The notes beneath the pieces are model-generated. The model was not told the DNA's origin. It made no database searches and saw nothing but the letters and a program-made list of their open reading frames with translations. This document shows, piece by piece, positions 19,043 through 27,747 of a DNA stretch of 64,000 bases. The DNA comes from a bacterium. Its GTDB lineage: Bacteria; Spirochaetota; Spirochaetia; Treponematales; UBA12059. A program made the position numbers and the translations under genes. The stretch spans positions 13,587-77,586 of the forward strand of contig DATKVB010000009.1 in assembly GCA_035530295.1 (NCBI GenBank), written 5' to 3'. Positions within the stretch are counted from its first letter, which is position 1. Every line of letters starts with the position of its first letter.

Positions 19043-19806
19043 ATCGGCCAATAATCGAATTCCGCGATGTGACCTTTGGCTACGGCGCCACTGATACGGT
19101 GCTTCGAGACTGTTCGGTCTCGCTGGAGCGCGGTTCCTTTGTTGTCCTCCTTGGCCCAAGCGGATGCGGCAAAAGCACACTCTTGAGATTGGCCGCCGGG
19201 TTCCTGCGTCCCCGCACCGGGAGCGTCCACTTCGATGGCAAGGAGATCCTTGCGCCCGATCGGCGTCGCATCCTTATATTCCAGGAACAGGACCAGTTGT
19301 TCCCCTGGAGCAGGCTCCTGGCCAATACGGCGCTTCCGCTCCTGTGGGGGCCTGATCGATGTTCGCGTTCCGAGGCGGAGGACCGTGCCCGTGACGCACT
19401 TTCGCAGGTAGGTCTGGCAGAGAACCTGAATGATTTTCCGCACCAGATGTCCGGCGGCATGAAACAGCGGGCGGTCCTGGCTCGAGCCCTGGCGGTAGGA
19501 GCCGAGGCGCTCCTGCTCGACGAGCCGTTCGCGAGCCTCGACGCCTTGAGCCGGGAGAGTCTGCAGGAGACGCTGGTCAGCGCATGGGCGCGGCACGGGT
19601 CAACCGTCCTGTTCGTCACCCATGACATTCGTGAGGCCGTGCGCATTGGGGGCGAGCTATGGTTTCTGCACAACGCGGGACAGTCCGGCCAGATAGAGCG
19701 CATCAAGCTGCCTGGCGGATCGCCTCAGGGCGGAGCGCTGCGCGATCTGGACACGCCAGAAGCCATATCGGTAGTCAAATCGATACGCGAACGTTTGACG
19801 CGGTAG
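19039..19806 (+). CDS. ABC transporter ATP-binding protein (NitT/TauT family)
   Basis: Walker A GPSGCGKST, signature MSGGMKQR and Walker B LLLDEPF. ATGA overlap with the permease gene. Confidence 0.9.
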   Translation: MNRPIIEFRDVTFGYGATDTVLRDCSVSLERGSFVVLLGPSGCGKSTLLRLAAGFLRPRTGSVHFDGKEILAPDRRRILIFQEQDQLFPWSRLLANTALPLLWGPDRCSRSEAEDRARDALSQVGLAENLNDFPHQMSGGMKQRAVLARALAVGAEALLLDEPFASLDALSRESLQETLVSAWARHGSTVLFVTHDIREAVRIGGELWFLHNAGQSGQIERIKLPGGSPQGGALRDLDTPEAISVVKSIRERLTR

Positions 19807-21374
19807 AGTGTGACCTTCCAGTCACGTTTTCCGCTGTACGCGACTATTCGCATCCCATATACGGGTGAATCAAAACTGCCCACCGCGACACAGTCCTGCC
19901 TCAGGAATCGCTGCATATCGTCGTAGTATGCGGCGACGTTGCCATACAGGATGTTCCAGACCGGCCGCTCCTTATATATCAGGTCCATCTCCACAGGGTA
20001 CAGGATGTGCGTGATATTCCGACTACCCATGTACGAGGCAAAATCGAGCCGAGCGGCCTTCAGGTATGCCAGGTTGCGAAAGTCCAGAAGCGCACCATAT
20101 GGAAGTGCGTATTCGGTATTCAGGTTGCCGAGCACCCTGAGCTGCCGGCCCTCCGCTCGCAGCAGTGGCTCTTCATCCGCGAGCAAGTGCTTGATGGTGG
20201 CTTCATAGTCGGCGTAGCTCTCTGTGCCAGTGCGGCGGACATCGACCAGATTGTACGCCGTCGTACCTGCTACCAGTACCATAAGCGCCGCGGCCACCCA
20301 GGGCGCGGCCCTTGTGCCGCGATGGGGACTGATGTGCGATAGGAGCAGCGCCAGCGCCAGATAGCACAACGGAATCTCGAGCGCGAACAGCGGCGCTCCG
20401 TATTTTCCAAGCATCACCAACGCGGTGTTGAATCCCGCCAGCGCGAAGAAGGGTATCAGCAGCCTCCTGTTAGCGCTGACTATGGCCAGCGCGAGCGAAG
20501 CGACAATCGACAGACTATACAGCGGCATAAGCGGCCGCATCTCAGGTATGAAATAGGTTCCGGAATAGCGGTACCACAATTTCTGATACCAGTCAGGAAA
20601 GCGCACCAGCTTTATATACCACGGCACCCCGACCTCGACGCTGTCACCAAAAGCTATGTAGTCATGAAGGAAGTCGGGATTCATCCACAGGCTCAGCCCG
20701 ATGAATACCAGTGCGCCCAGAGCGCACGCCAGAAAGAATCCTGCCAGCGTCGAAAATCGGCGCCGCAGCGTCAGTATGATCCCGGTCAGTGCCGCCGCTA
20801 TGAGGAATGCCGCTGGATGGATGCCTATGGCTACCGCAACCATCAGCCCTGACTGCAGACCCCTGGCGAACCCTCCCGGTTCGCCTGCCTTGGGGAAGAG
20901 CCGCAGTGCCGCCAACACGAGCATGAGCAGCAGGGCGATCTCCTGTCGTCCCAGATGGGCGGCGCTGATGAACTGTGGGTCCAGCGCAAGCAGTATCGTG
21001 AAGCAGCCGGCCCGCTGATTTCTGTTGTGTTCCGGCAGGATCCTAAGGAGCAGTTGCCGAAAGGCAAGCAGCGCGGCGATACCCAGGGTCAGCGACAACA
21101 GGCGTGCCTGGAGGATTCCATACCCGCAGACAGCAAAAACGATAGCCTGCATGGCGTGATACAGAATTTTGACGGCGTGCGGTGCGCGCGGATACAGATC
21201 AAAGAACGGCTCGGTAGCCGTGATGGTTCCCTGGTTCAGCCAGGCTCTGGTAAGACCGCCGAGCCATGCTTCATCGCTGTGTATGAATGGGTAATAAAGC
21301 AAAGTAACTATATTGAAAAAGAGATATATAAATAAAAATAAATAGATAAAGTTGGCATGTAACCACTTGCTCAT
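19725..21374 (-). CDS. GT-C fold membrane glycosyltransferase (ArnT/PMT-like)
   Basis: Multi-TM protein with an early loop motif HSDEAWLGG similar to the DE motif of ArnT/PMT enzymes. ATG at 21374 follows GAAGG. The 3' end overlaps the convergent ABC ATPase gene by 82 bp. Confidence 0.65.
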   Translation of the reverse strand: MSKWLHANFIYLFLFIYLFFNIVTLLYYPFIHSDEAWLGGLTRAWLNQGTITATEPFFDLYPRAPHAVKILYHAMQAIVFAVCGYGILQARLLSLTLGIAALLAFRQLLLRILPEHNRNQRAGCFTILLALDPQFISAAHLGRQEIALLLMLVLAALRLFPKAGEPGGFARGLQSGLMVAVAIGIHPAAFLIAAALTGIILTLRRRFSTLAGFFLACALGALVFIGLSLWMNPDFLHDYIAFGDSVEVGVPWYIKLVRFPDWYQKLWYRYSGTYFIPEMRPLMPLYSLSIVASLALAIVSANRRLLIPFFALAGFNTALVMLGKYGAPLFALEIPLCYLALALLLSHISPHRGTRAAPWVAAALMVLVAGTTAYNLVDVRRTGTESYADYEATIKHLLADEEPLLRAEGRQLRVLGNLNTEYALPYGALLDFRNLAYLKAARLDFASYMGSRNITHILYPVEMDLIYKERPVWNILYGNVAAYYDDMQRFLRQDCVAVGSFDSPVYGMRIVAYSGKRDWKVTLYRVKRSRIDLTTDMASGVSRSRSAPP

Positions 21375-21475
21375 TTCGCCTTCTTGGTGTAAATTCATAT
21401 CGATAATTATATAGTATCAATTCACTATCTTATAGTTCTCGCTGCAAGAATATAATGCTGTGCGGAGGAATGACA

Positions 21476-22402
21476 ATGCGCAATTTCAGAAGATTGACGG
21501 TACTGACCCTGGCGGCCACACTGGTCGCCGTGCTGTTGGGCGCGTGCGGGCCGACCTATGGCCAGAGCGGCAAACAGATCATATCGGCAAAGCAAGCCCG
21601 CGCGATGCTCGCCGAAGGTGCCGCGGTCCTCGTTGACGCCAGGAATGCCGATGAATATGCCAAAGAGCATGTCGCCAAGGCCGTTTGCATCGCCAGGGAT
21701 GACATCATGGTCAACACGCCATATCCTAACCTGGTAGCCGGCAAGGCCCAGATCGAGCAAGCCCTGGGCAACCGTGGTATCGACGACGCGGCGCAGGTCA
21801 TAATCTACGACGCCAACCAGAACATGGACGCGGCGCGGCTCTGGTGGACCATGGTCGCCTACGGTCACGACGCCGGGAAGGTCATAGTCGTCAGCGGCGG
21901 CCTCGATGCGCTGAAGTCGGCAGGAGTTACGCTCGAATCAGGAATGCCGACCATCCAGCCCGTGGCATATACCGCCAAGGACCTGAACCCGGCCGTACTG
22001 GCCACGAAGGCGGAAGTCGAGGCCCAGGTCAACAACCCGGATCCAAAGACAGTCATCGTCGATACCAGAACCGATGAGGAATTCGCGGCGGGCACCATCC
22101 CTGGTTCCATACATATCAACTTTACCAGGAACAACTTCTTTAAAGGTGGAGAGTATAGACCGGTTTCGCAGATCAGGGCCATCTATATCGAAAAGGAAAT
22201 CGATCCTTCGAAGACAGTCATCCTGTTCTGCAAGACTTCCATTCGTGGTGCCGAATCTTTCCTTGCCCTGTACAACGCCGGCTACCGCAATCTGAAATTG
22301 TATGATGGTGCCTGGGTTGAATGGTCGGGCAATGCAGCCGTGCCTGTGCAGGCACCTGTGACTACGGATCTTCCCGTACTGAATACTCAGGACGGATCTT
22401 AG
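21476..22402 (+). CDS. periplasmic tandem-rhodanese sulfurtransferase lipoprotein
   Basis: ATG at 21476 lies 7 nt after GGAGGA. Lipobox LLGACG, two rhodanese-like halves and the active-site loop FCKTSIRG. Confidence 0.8.
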   Translation: MRNFRRLTVLTLAATLVAVLLGACGPTYGQSGKQIISAKQARAMLAEGAAVLVDARNADEYAKEHVAKAVCIARDDIMVNTPYPNLVAGKAQIEQALGNRGIDDAAQVIIYDANQNMDAARLWWTMVAYGHDAGKVIVVSGGLDALKSAGVTLESGMPTIQPVAYTAKDLNPAVLATKAEVEAQVNNPDPKTVIVDTRTDEEFAAGTIPGSIHINFTRNNFFKGGEYRPVSQIRAIYIEKEIDPSKTVILFCKTSIRGAESFLALYNAGYRNLKLYDGAWVEWSGNAAVPVQAPVTTDLPVLNTQDGS

Positions 22403-22429
22403 TAGATAGCATCTCTCAAGGAGGGAACC

Positions 22430-23332
22430 ATGAATCGAATCAAGCGTGTACTGGCAGTGCTTCTGCTGGTGGGATTGTCCACCGCGTTGTATGCACAGAA
22501 TCCAGCGACCAGCACTCTGGCCACACAGAAGGCCACTGAGTATCTGGCCAACATGCCAGCCGACAGCTATAAGATATCCGAAGCCGCCTTCATAGAAAAA
22601 GTGAAAGCCGGCGAGAACATCATGATCCTTGATATCAGGCAGGCAGCCGACTACAACAAGGGCCATGTCAAGGGCGCCGTCAACGCGCCCTTTGGCCCGG
22701 ACATGGGTTCGTTCCTGGACAAGTTGCCCAAGGACAAGCCCGTGATGCTGTATTGCTATACCGGTCAGACCGCTGGCCAGACCGTGGTGCTTCTCAATCT
22801 GGCAGGCGTCCAGGCTCGCTCGGTCAACCTCGGCTTTACCTTGGGCATTTCCAAGGTTTCCGGAGTCGAGGCCTACATTGAGACCACCGCCCGCGCATTC
22901 CCCGCCGCTGGCGCGACATACGATCCGGCTCTGAAGAAGATCTTCGCCGATTATTTCGCAGGCCTTGCCAAGGTCAATGGCACCATCTATGCGAATAATA
23001 TCATTGCAGAAGATGAGGCGAAGAAGTTGATCGACGCCAAGGATCCCAGCATCCAGGTCGTCTCTGTTCGCGGTGCCGCCGACTATGCCAAGGGCCATAT
23101 CAAGGGCGCGATCAATGTTCCATGGGGCAAAGGCATGCAGGCTGGATTCTCCGTGCTTCCCAAGAACAAGAAGCTGATCGTGTATTGCTACACCGGCCAG
23201 ACCGCCGGTCAGACCGTCGCCGCGCTTCGCGTGATGGGCTATGACGCCGTCAGCCTCCGTGGTGGTATGGGCATGCCGTCCAACGCTCCCAGTGGCTGGG
23301 CGAACAAGGGCTTCCCGGTCGTAACCGACTAA
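22430..23332 (+). CDS. secreted tandem-rhodanese domain protein
   Basis: RBS AAGGAGGG and a signal peptide. Two rhodanese domains each carry the loop YCYTGQTAGQT. Confidence 0.8.
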   Translation: MNRIKRVLAVLLLVGLSTALYAQNPATSTLATQKATEYLANMPADSYKISEAAFIEKVKAGENIMILDIRQAADYNKGHVKGAVNAPFGPDMGSFLDKLPKDKPVMLYCYTGQTAGQTVVLLNLAGVQARSVNLGFTLGISKVSGVEAYIETTARAFPAAGATYDPALKKIFADYFAGLAKVNGTIYANNIIAEDEAKKLIDAKDPSIQVVSVRGAADYAKGHIKGAINVPWGKGMQAGFSVLPKNKKLIVYCYTGQTAGQTVAALRVMGYDAVSLRGGMGMPSNAPSGWANKGFPVVTD

Positions 23333-23348
23333 GGTATTTCAAGCAGAA

Positions 23349-23385
23349 GGCGGATCCACGTTGCCGTGGGTCCGCCTTTTCTTTG
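23349..23385 (+). terminator. rho-independent terminator after the rhodanese genes
   Basis: GGCGGATCCACG-ttgc-CGTGGGTCCGCC stem-loop followed by TTTTCTTTG. Confidence 0.7.
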
Positions 23386-23427
23386 TCAGAATCATTGCCC
23401 AGGGCCGCGCAAGATCGCAGAATTCGG

Positions 23428-25455
23428 TTACCTCTTTTGTTCGAAGTGGGAAAACTCCATACTGAAACTGGCGCGGCCTTGGGAGACGGAGCGGAGGCTT
23501 GTCGAGAAGCCGAACATCACGGCGAGTGGCGCCTCCGCGTGAATCACATCGATAGCGGCGCGACTGTCGGAGCCATGGATAAGGCCACCACGCTGTGACA
23601 GAAGGCTCATCACGTCACCCATGTAGTCCTTCGGGGTCATGATGTCGACCTTCATCACCGGCTCGAGCTGGACCGGTCCGGCCTTGCGGCATGCCTCGTC
23701 AAAAGCCATCGATGCACAGGCCTCGAACGCGAACGGCGTCGCCGCCAGCTCGTCGTAGTCTATGCCTACCAGTTTTACCCCGATGTCGACGCAGGGGTAG
23801 CCGAGCACGATGCCGCCACCAAAGGCATTGGTCACCGCGCGCTCTATCGCGTCGTACAGCTCCTCGGGGACCTTGTTGTCGCGCATCGCCTTTTCATAGA
23901 CATTGCCCGATCCGCGCGCCAACGGCTCCACAACAAGCGTGACCCCCGCGGTGATCTCCTTGCCGGCCATGTTCCGTGAGTATGATTCGGCGTGCTGGAC
24001 TTTCTTGGTGATCGACTCGCGGTATGACACCTGGGGGTTGCCCACCTTGGCGCCAACCTTGAAGTCCCTGAGTATACGGGTAACAAGCACATCGAGATGC
24101 AGTTCGCCCATGCCACGTATCACGAGCTGGCCCGTTTCCTCGTCGTCGCCGGTCTGGAATGTTGGATCCTCCATGGAGAGGATGTCGAGCGTCTCCTTGA
24201 GTTTTTCCCTGTCCGATACGGTCTTGGGTTCTATGGCCACCGTAATCACTGGCTCCGGAAAGTGCATATGCTCAAGCAGCATCGGCCAGCCCTCTGAGCC
24301 GACGGTATCGCCGGTCTGGGCCACCTTCATGCCGACGAATACCGCGATGTCGCCGGCCTGGAGCTCATCGATCGCCTCGCTCTTGTTGGCGTGCATGCGC
24401 AGGATGCGTGTGACGCGTTCTCGCTTCTTCTTTCCTATGTTGAAGACCGTGCCCGCGGTTTTGACTATGCCGGAATACATGCGCACATAGCACAGCGGGC
24501 CAGCCTCGCGGTCGTACTGCACCTTGAAGACGAGCCCCAGCGGATTGCCTTTGGGATCGCACGGCAGGTCGAAGTGCTCCTCTTTCTTGGGATTGAATGC
24601 CTTCACCGGCGGAACGTCTGTAGGCGAAGGCAGATAGTCGACTACCGCATCGAGCAGGGGCTGCACGCCGATATTGCGCCGCGACGCTCCGCAGAGCACC
24701 GGCACGATCTTGCGGGCAATCGTCTGGTCGCGCAGAGCCGTGCGCAGCAACTCGGCGGGAATAGCCTCGCCGGATAGATAGAGCTCGGTGATCTCGTCGG
24801 AGTGCGAAGCGACCGCGTCGACCAGCTTGTCACGCCATGCGGCAGCGAGTTCCGTCATCGCCGGTCCTACCGGTGTGCGCGTAATCGTCTGGCCGCCTTC
24901 TTCGGCATCCCAGCGCAATTCCTCCATCGTGAGAAGATCAACCGCTCCCTCGAATCCGCCTTCCTTGCCGATAGGTAGCTGTACCGGCACCGCGGCCGTC
25001 GCGAACTTCTCGCGTATCTCTTCGACGGCGCCGTAGAAGTCGGCTCCCAAGCGGTCCATCTTGTTGATGTAGGCGACACGCGGAACATGGTAGCGGTCGG
25101 CCTGGTGCCACACCGTCTCGCTCTGCGGCTCGACGCCGCCGACGGCGCAGAACACCGCGACCGCGCCGTCAAGCACACGCAACGAGCGCTCCACCTCGGC
25201 GGTAAAGTCTACGTGCCCCGGCGTGTCGATTATGTTGATCTGGTGCTGCCGCCAGTACGTTGTCGTTGCGGCACTCTGTATGGTTATGCCGCGTTCCTGC
25301 TCCTGCTCCATCCAGTCCATGACGGCCTCACCGTCGTCGACTTCGCCGAGCTTGTAGGTCTTGCCCGAATAGAAGAGTATGCGCTCCGTCGTCGTGGTTT
25401 TGCCCGCGTCGATGTGCGCCATGATGCCGATATTTCGTGTTGAATCAAGGTTCAT
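23428..25455 (-). CDS. fusA: elongation factor G
   Basis: Start [32 protein letters not shown] at 25455, preceded by GGAG at 7 nt. GTPase and EF-G domains are present throughout. The track's 45-codon N-terminal extension is rejected. Confidence 0.9.
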   Translation of the reverse strand: MNLDSTRNIGIMAHIDAGKTTTTERILFYSGKTYKLGEVDDGEAVMDWMEQEQERGITIQSAATTTYWRQHQINIIDTPGHVDFTAEVERSLRVLDGAVAVFCAVGGVEPQSETVWHQADRYHVPRVAYINKMDRLGADFYGAVEEIREKFATAAVPVQLPIGKEGGFEGAVDLLTMEELRWDAEEGGQTITRTPVGPAMTELAAAWRDKLVDAVASHSDEITELYLSGEAIPAELLRTALRDQTIARKIVPVLCGASRRNIGVQPLLDAVVDYLPSPTDVPPVKAFNPKKEEHFDLPCDPKGNPLGLVFKVQYDREAGPLCYVRMYSGIVKTAGTVFNIGKKKRERVTRILRMHANKSEAIDELQAGDIAVFVGMKVAQTGDTVGSEGWPMLLEHMHFPEPVITVAIEPKTVSDREKLKETLDILSMEDPTFQTGDDEETGQLVIRGMGELHLDVLVTRILRDFKVGAKVGNPQVSYRESITKKVQHAESYSRNMAGKEITAGVTLVVEPLARGSGNVYEKAMRDNKVPEELYDAIERAVTNAFGGGIVLGYPCVDIGVKLVGIDYDELAATPFAFEACASMAFDEACRKAGPVQLEPVMKVDIMTPKDYMGDVMSLLSQRGGLIHGSDSRAAIDVIHAEAPLAVMFGFSTSLRSVSQGRASFSMEFSHFEQKR

Positions 25456-25574
25456 GCTGTGGCTCCGGGCGCCACTATAGACGGAAAAGCGTCGCGCTTG
25501 CAAGATTGAGGCGATGCATCCAGCACCTTGCGGCCGATGGTCAGGGCAGACTAGTATCGCGTGCGAGGTGCCGC

Positions 25575-26504
25575 GTGAAAAAAGAAGCAATCCTGGTTGT
25601 CGTGTCCTATGCCCTGGTGTACGTCGTGTGGGGTTCCACGTATTTCTTCATCAAGGCAGCCGTGGAGACGATACCGCCAACCCTCGTGGTAGGGTTCCGG
25701 TTTCTGTTCGGATCCATCATGCTTGCCAGTATCGCCTGGGCCAAGGGAGGCCTGAGAGAACTGCCGGGCATCAGGGAAATCGCCGGTGCCGCGCTCATTG
25801 GCGTCTTATTGCTGCTTCTCGGAAACGGCCTTATCACTATTTCCGAACGATCCATTCCAAGCTGGATGGCGAGCATCGTGGTAGCGTGCATGCCCATCTA
25901 TGTGGCCTTCTTCAATATGCTTCTGTACCGAACCAAGGTGTCCGGAATCCGGCTTGTGGGCGCGGCGGCCGGAGTGGTGGGCGTTGGACTGTTGCTGTTC
26001 CAGGGCACGACCAATGCGGCTTCCTTCGGTCCGGCTCTCGTACTGGCAGTGATCGGGGCCTTGTCGTGGGGTTTCGGCTCGAGCCTTGCCAAGGCTATCC
26101 CAAAGCCCAAGGATGTGCTGGTGTCCACCGCCATCCAGATGCTGGTCGCGGGCAGCGTCGCGTTGATCATTGGTGCCGGTTCGGGCGTGAACATCCTGTC
26201 AGCCCTCTCGCAGGCATCTGCCTGGTCAATTTTTTCACTCGCCTATCTCGCCCTTCTTGGAGGGCTCACCTTGGTAGCATACAATCACTTGCTTGTCGTC
26301 GAGCCAAGCTTTCGGGTTTCCAGCTACTCGCTGGTAAATCCCCTGATCGCGGTTGTCCTCGGCATGGCCGCCGGGGAGCGGGCTTCGCGCTTCTTTGCTA
26401 TTGGATCTCCGCTCGTTCTCGTCGGCCTGGTAATCATTCTGTATGGCGACGCGATCAGGGATTACTGGGTCAAGCGGGGCACGCGTGGTGAACGCCGCAT
26501 CTGA
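25575..26504 (+). CDS. EamA/DMT-family transporter
   Basis: GTG at 25575 after GAGGTG. 309-aa, roughly 10-TM protein with [11 protein letters not shown] typical of EamA domains. The track start at 25437 overlaps the fusA start region. Confidence 0.75.
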   Translation: MKKEAILVVVSYALVYVVWGSTYFFIKAAVETIPPTLVVGFRFLFGSIMLASIAWAKGGLRELPGIREIAGAALIGVLLLLLGNGLITISERSIPSWMASIVVACMPIYVAFFNMLLYRTKVSGIRLVGAAAGVVGVGLLLFQGTTNAASFGPALVLAVIGALSWGFGSSLAKAIPKPKDVLVSTAIQMLVAGSVALIIGAGSGVNILSALSQASAWSIFSLAYLALLGGLTLVAYNHLLVVEPSFRVSSYSLVNPLIAVVLGMAAGERASRFFAIGSPLVLVGLVIILYGDAIRDYWVKRGTRGERRI

Positions 26505-26545
26505 TTGAGTGATGTTGTGAGCCAATGCTTCACCGCTCCCTTGTG

Positions 26546-26660
26546 TAGTATCACGAAGCTTGTTATGGACTCGAATTCCATACTGGATGGGCCCATCCCT
26601 GTGTGCGCCGATACCATAGGTAGTATCCCGGGCTCGCCCGTAACAAGCTTCGAGGAACTA
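26546..26660. repeat. 115-bp element with about 20-bp inverted termini (copy A)
   Basis: Termini are TAGTATCACGAAGCTTGTTA (26546-26565) and TAACAAGCTTCGAGGAACTA (26641-26660). The reverse complement of the right terminus matches the left terminus of copy B (46719-46737) at 19/19 positions. Internal hairpins are present. Confidence 0.7.
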
Positions 26661-26775
26661 AATGAGGGCAACGGGCGCAAAGGATGTTTCTCGCTTTGGC
26701 GGAGGCATGAAGGCGGTTAGGGAAAGACACGAATAGCCAGCGGCCCCGCCCTGACGAGGCCGCTGATACTTTGGA

Positions 26776-27417
26776 TTAGAACTTGATCAGGCAGGAGAAG
26801 GTCGGGTTCAGGCCAGTGTACATGGTTTCGAACCAGAGCTCCGAGTGGGCATATTCGAGCGTGCCAAGAGTCGTTGAGTAGGTATACCATCCAAGCGAAG
26901 CAAAAGGTTGTGAAATACGGACGGCAAACTTGCTGCCCAGGTCGATATCGAGCATCAAAGGGAGGCTGACTTCTATCTGCGCTGAAAAATACTTGTCATA
27001 GGAAGTGGCGGAAGTGCCGAAAGGTTCTCCATAAAGATAAAACATTGTTTTGGGACCGATCTTGAAGCTCAAGGCACCAGCATTCAGCATGGTCTTGTAA
27101 ACACCAGCGCCTAAGCTGAAACTGAGCCTGGAATAATCCTGACTGACGGTCAGGCCGGGGATGGCGATGATAGACGGATTCGCCTCATTAGAGATAGAGA
27201 CCGACAGTTCAGGATCAAGCTCCAGGCTATCTGACAAGGCAAGCGACGCGACCCCACCAAGGCGCAAAGTCGTTACGCTCGCGTCGTCCACCTCGTTTGA
27301 ATAGAAATTTGCGTCATACATGACCAGCGGGCCAATGGCCTGGAATCTCATGCCTTGGGCCGCGACGAGCCCGCCCATCGCGGCAAGCGCTACGAATGCC
27401 AGTACGAATTTCTTCAT
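26776..27417 (-). CDS. small outer-membrane beta-barrel protein
   Basis: ATG at 27417 after GGAGGA. Signal peptide MKKFVLAFVALAAMGGLVAAQG, alternating beta-strand pattern and a C-terminal Phe. Visibly lower G+C than the neighbouring genes. Confidence 0.6.
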   Translation of the reverse strand: MKKFVLAFVALAAMGGLVAAQGMRFQAIGPLVMYDANFYSNEVDDASVTTLRLGGVASLALSDSLELDPELSVSISNEANPSIIAIPGLTVSQDYSRLSFSLGAGVYKTMLNAGALSFKIGPKTMFYLYGEPFGTSATSYDKYFSAQIEVSLPLMLDIDLGSKFAVRISQPFASLGWYTYSTTLGTLEYAHSELWFETMYTGLNPTFSCLIKF

Positions 27418-27747
27418 TGTTCTTCCTCCATTATAAAAAGAAATATGTTGCATGCAGAAGACGTTCGATCCATACCGAGCACAGTCTGGAACATATCGAT
27501 TGACGCAGATTAGATTAGTTTTCCCATGCAGTCAAGGCAGATTTTTCGACATGCCTGCTCTGGTGCCCGCTACCGGGAGCTTGTCAGCCTCATATATGGC
27601 GGACCTCTTACCTATCCATTACCCCTATAATCATAGTATCTTCATACTTCGGCCTGTCCCGCCAGAGTGGGACCCGTTGTGACCGTTCCGACGCACCGTA
27701 GATGGACACCCAAGGCCGAGTGCCGACAATCTGAGAGGATTCATAGC

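Noticed and set aside
21938-23098. 386-aa minus-strand ORF spanning both rhodanese genes
   Set aside because: It crosses an intergenic region containing the RBS of the second rhodanese gene. The sense genes carry signal peptides and rhodanese active-site loops.
25456-25590. N-terminal extensions proposed by the ORF track, here for EF-G; the same applies to 14651-14887, 15001-15258, 27667-27747, 31223-31453, 45719-45790 and 51191-51241
   Set aside because: Internal starts have good RBS spacing, canonical protein N-termini or 4-nt coupling overlaps. The extensions overlap neighbouring genes or promoters.
25514-26491. 325-aa plus-strand ORF in an alternative frame of the EamA transporter gene
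   Set aside because: The product is Arg/Gly-rich and non-hydrophobic. The other frame gives a coherent 10-TM EamA protein.
26565-26581. tRNA or tRNA fragment suggested by the T-arm-like hairpin ATGGA-CTCGAAT-TCCAT
   Set aside because: No acceptor stem, D-arm or anticodon arm lies at tRNA distances on either strand. The surrounding element is about 115 nt with four hairpins.
26546-26660. Integron attC-site interpretation of the two inverted-terminus elements
   Set aside because: No intI gene, no cassette array and no GTTRRRY core are present at the termini. The two copies are 20 kb apart. The idea is retained only as a remote analogy.
27454-27747. Possible riboswitch or ncRNA in the 294-nt region upstream of the U32-family gene
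   Set aside because: I saw only short hairpins (for example GTCCC-N8-GGGAC) and a TATAAT-like hexamer. Nothing resembles a riboswitch class I can recognise by eye.
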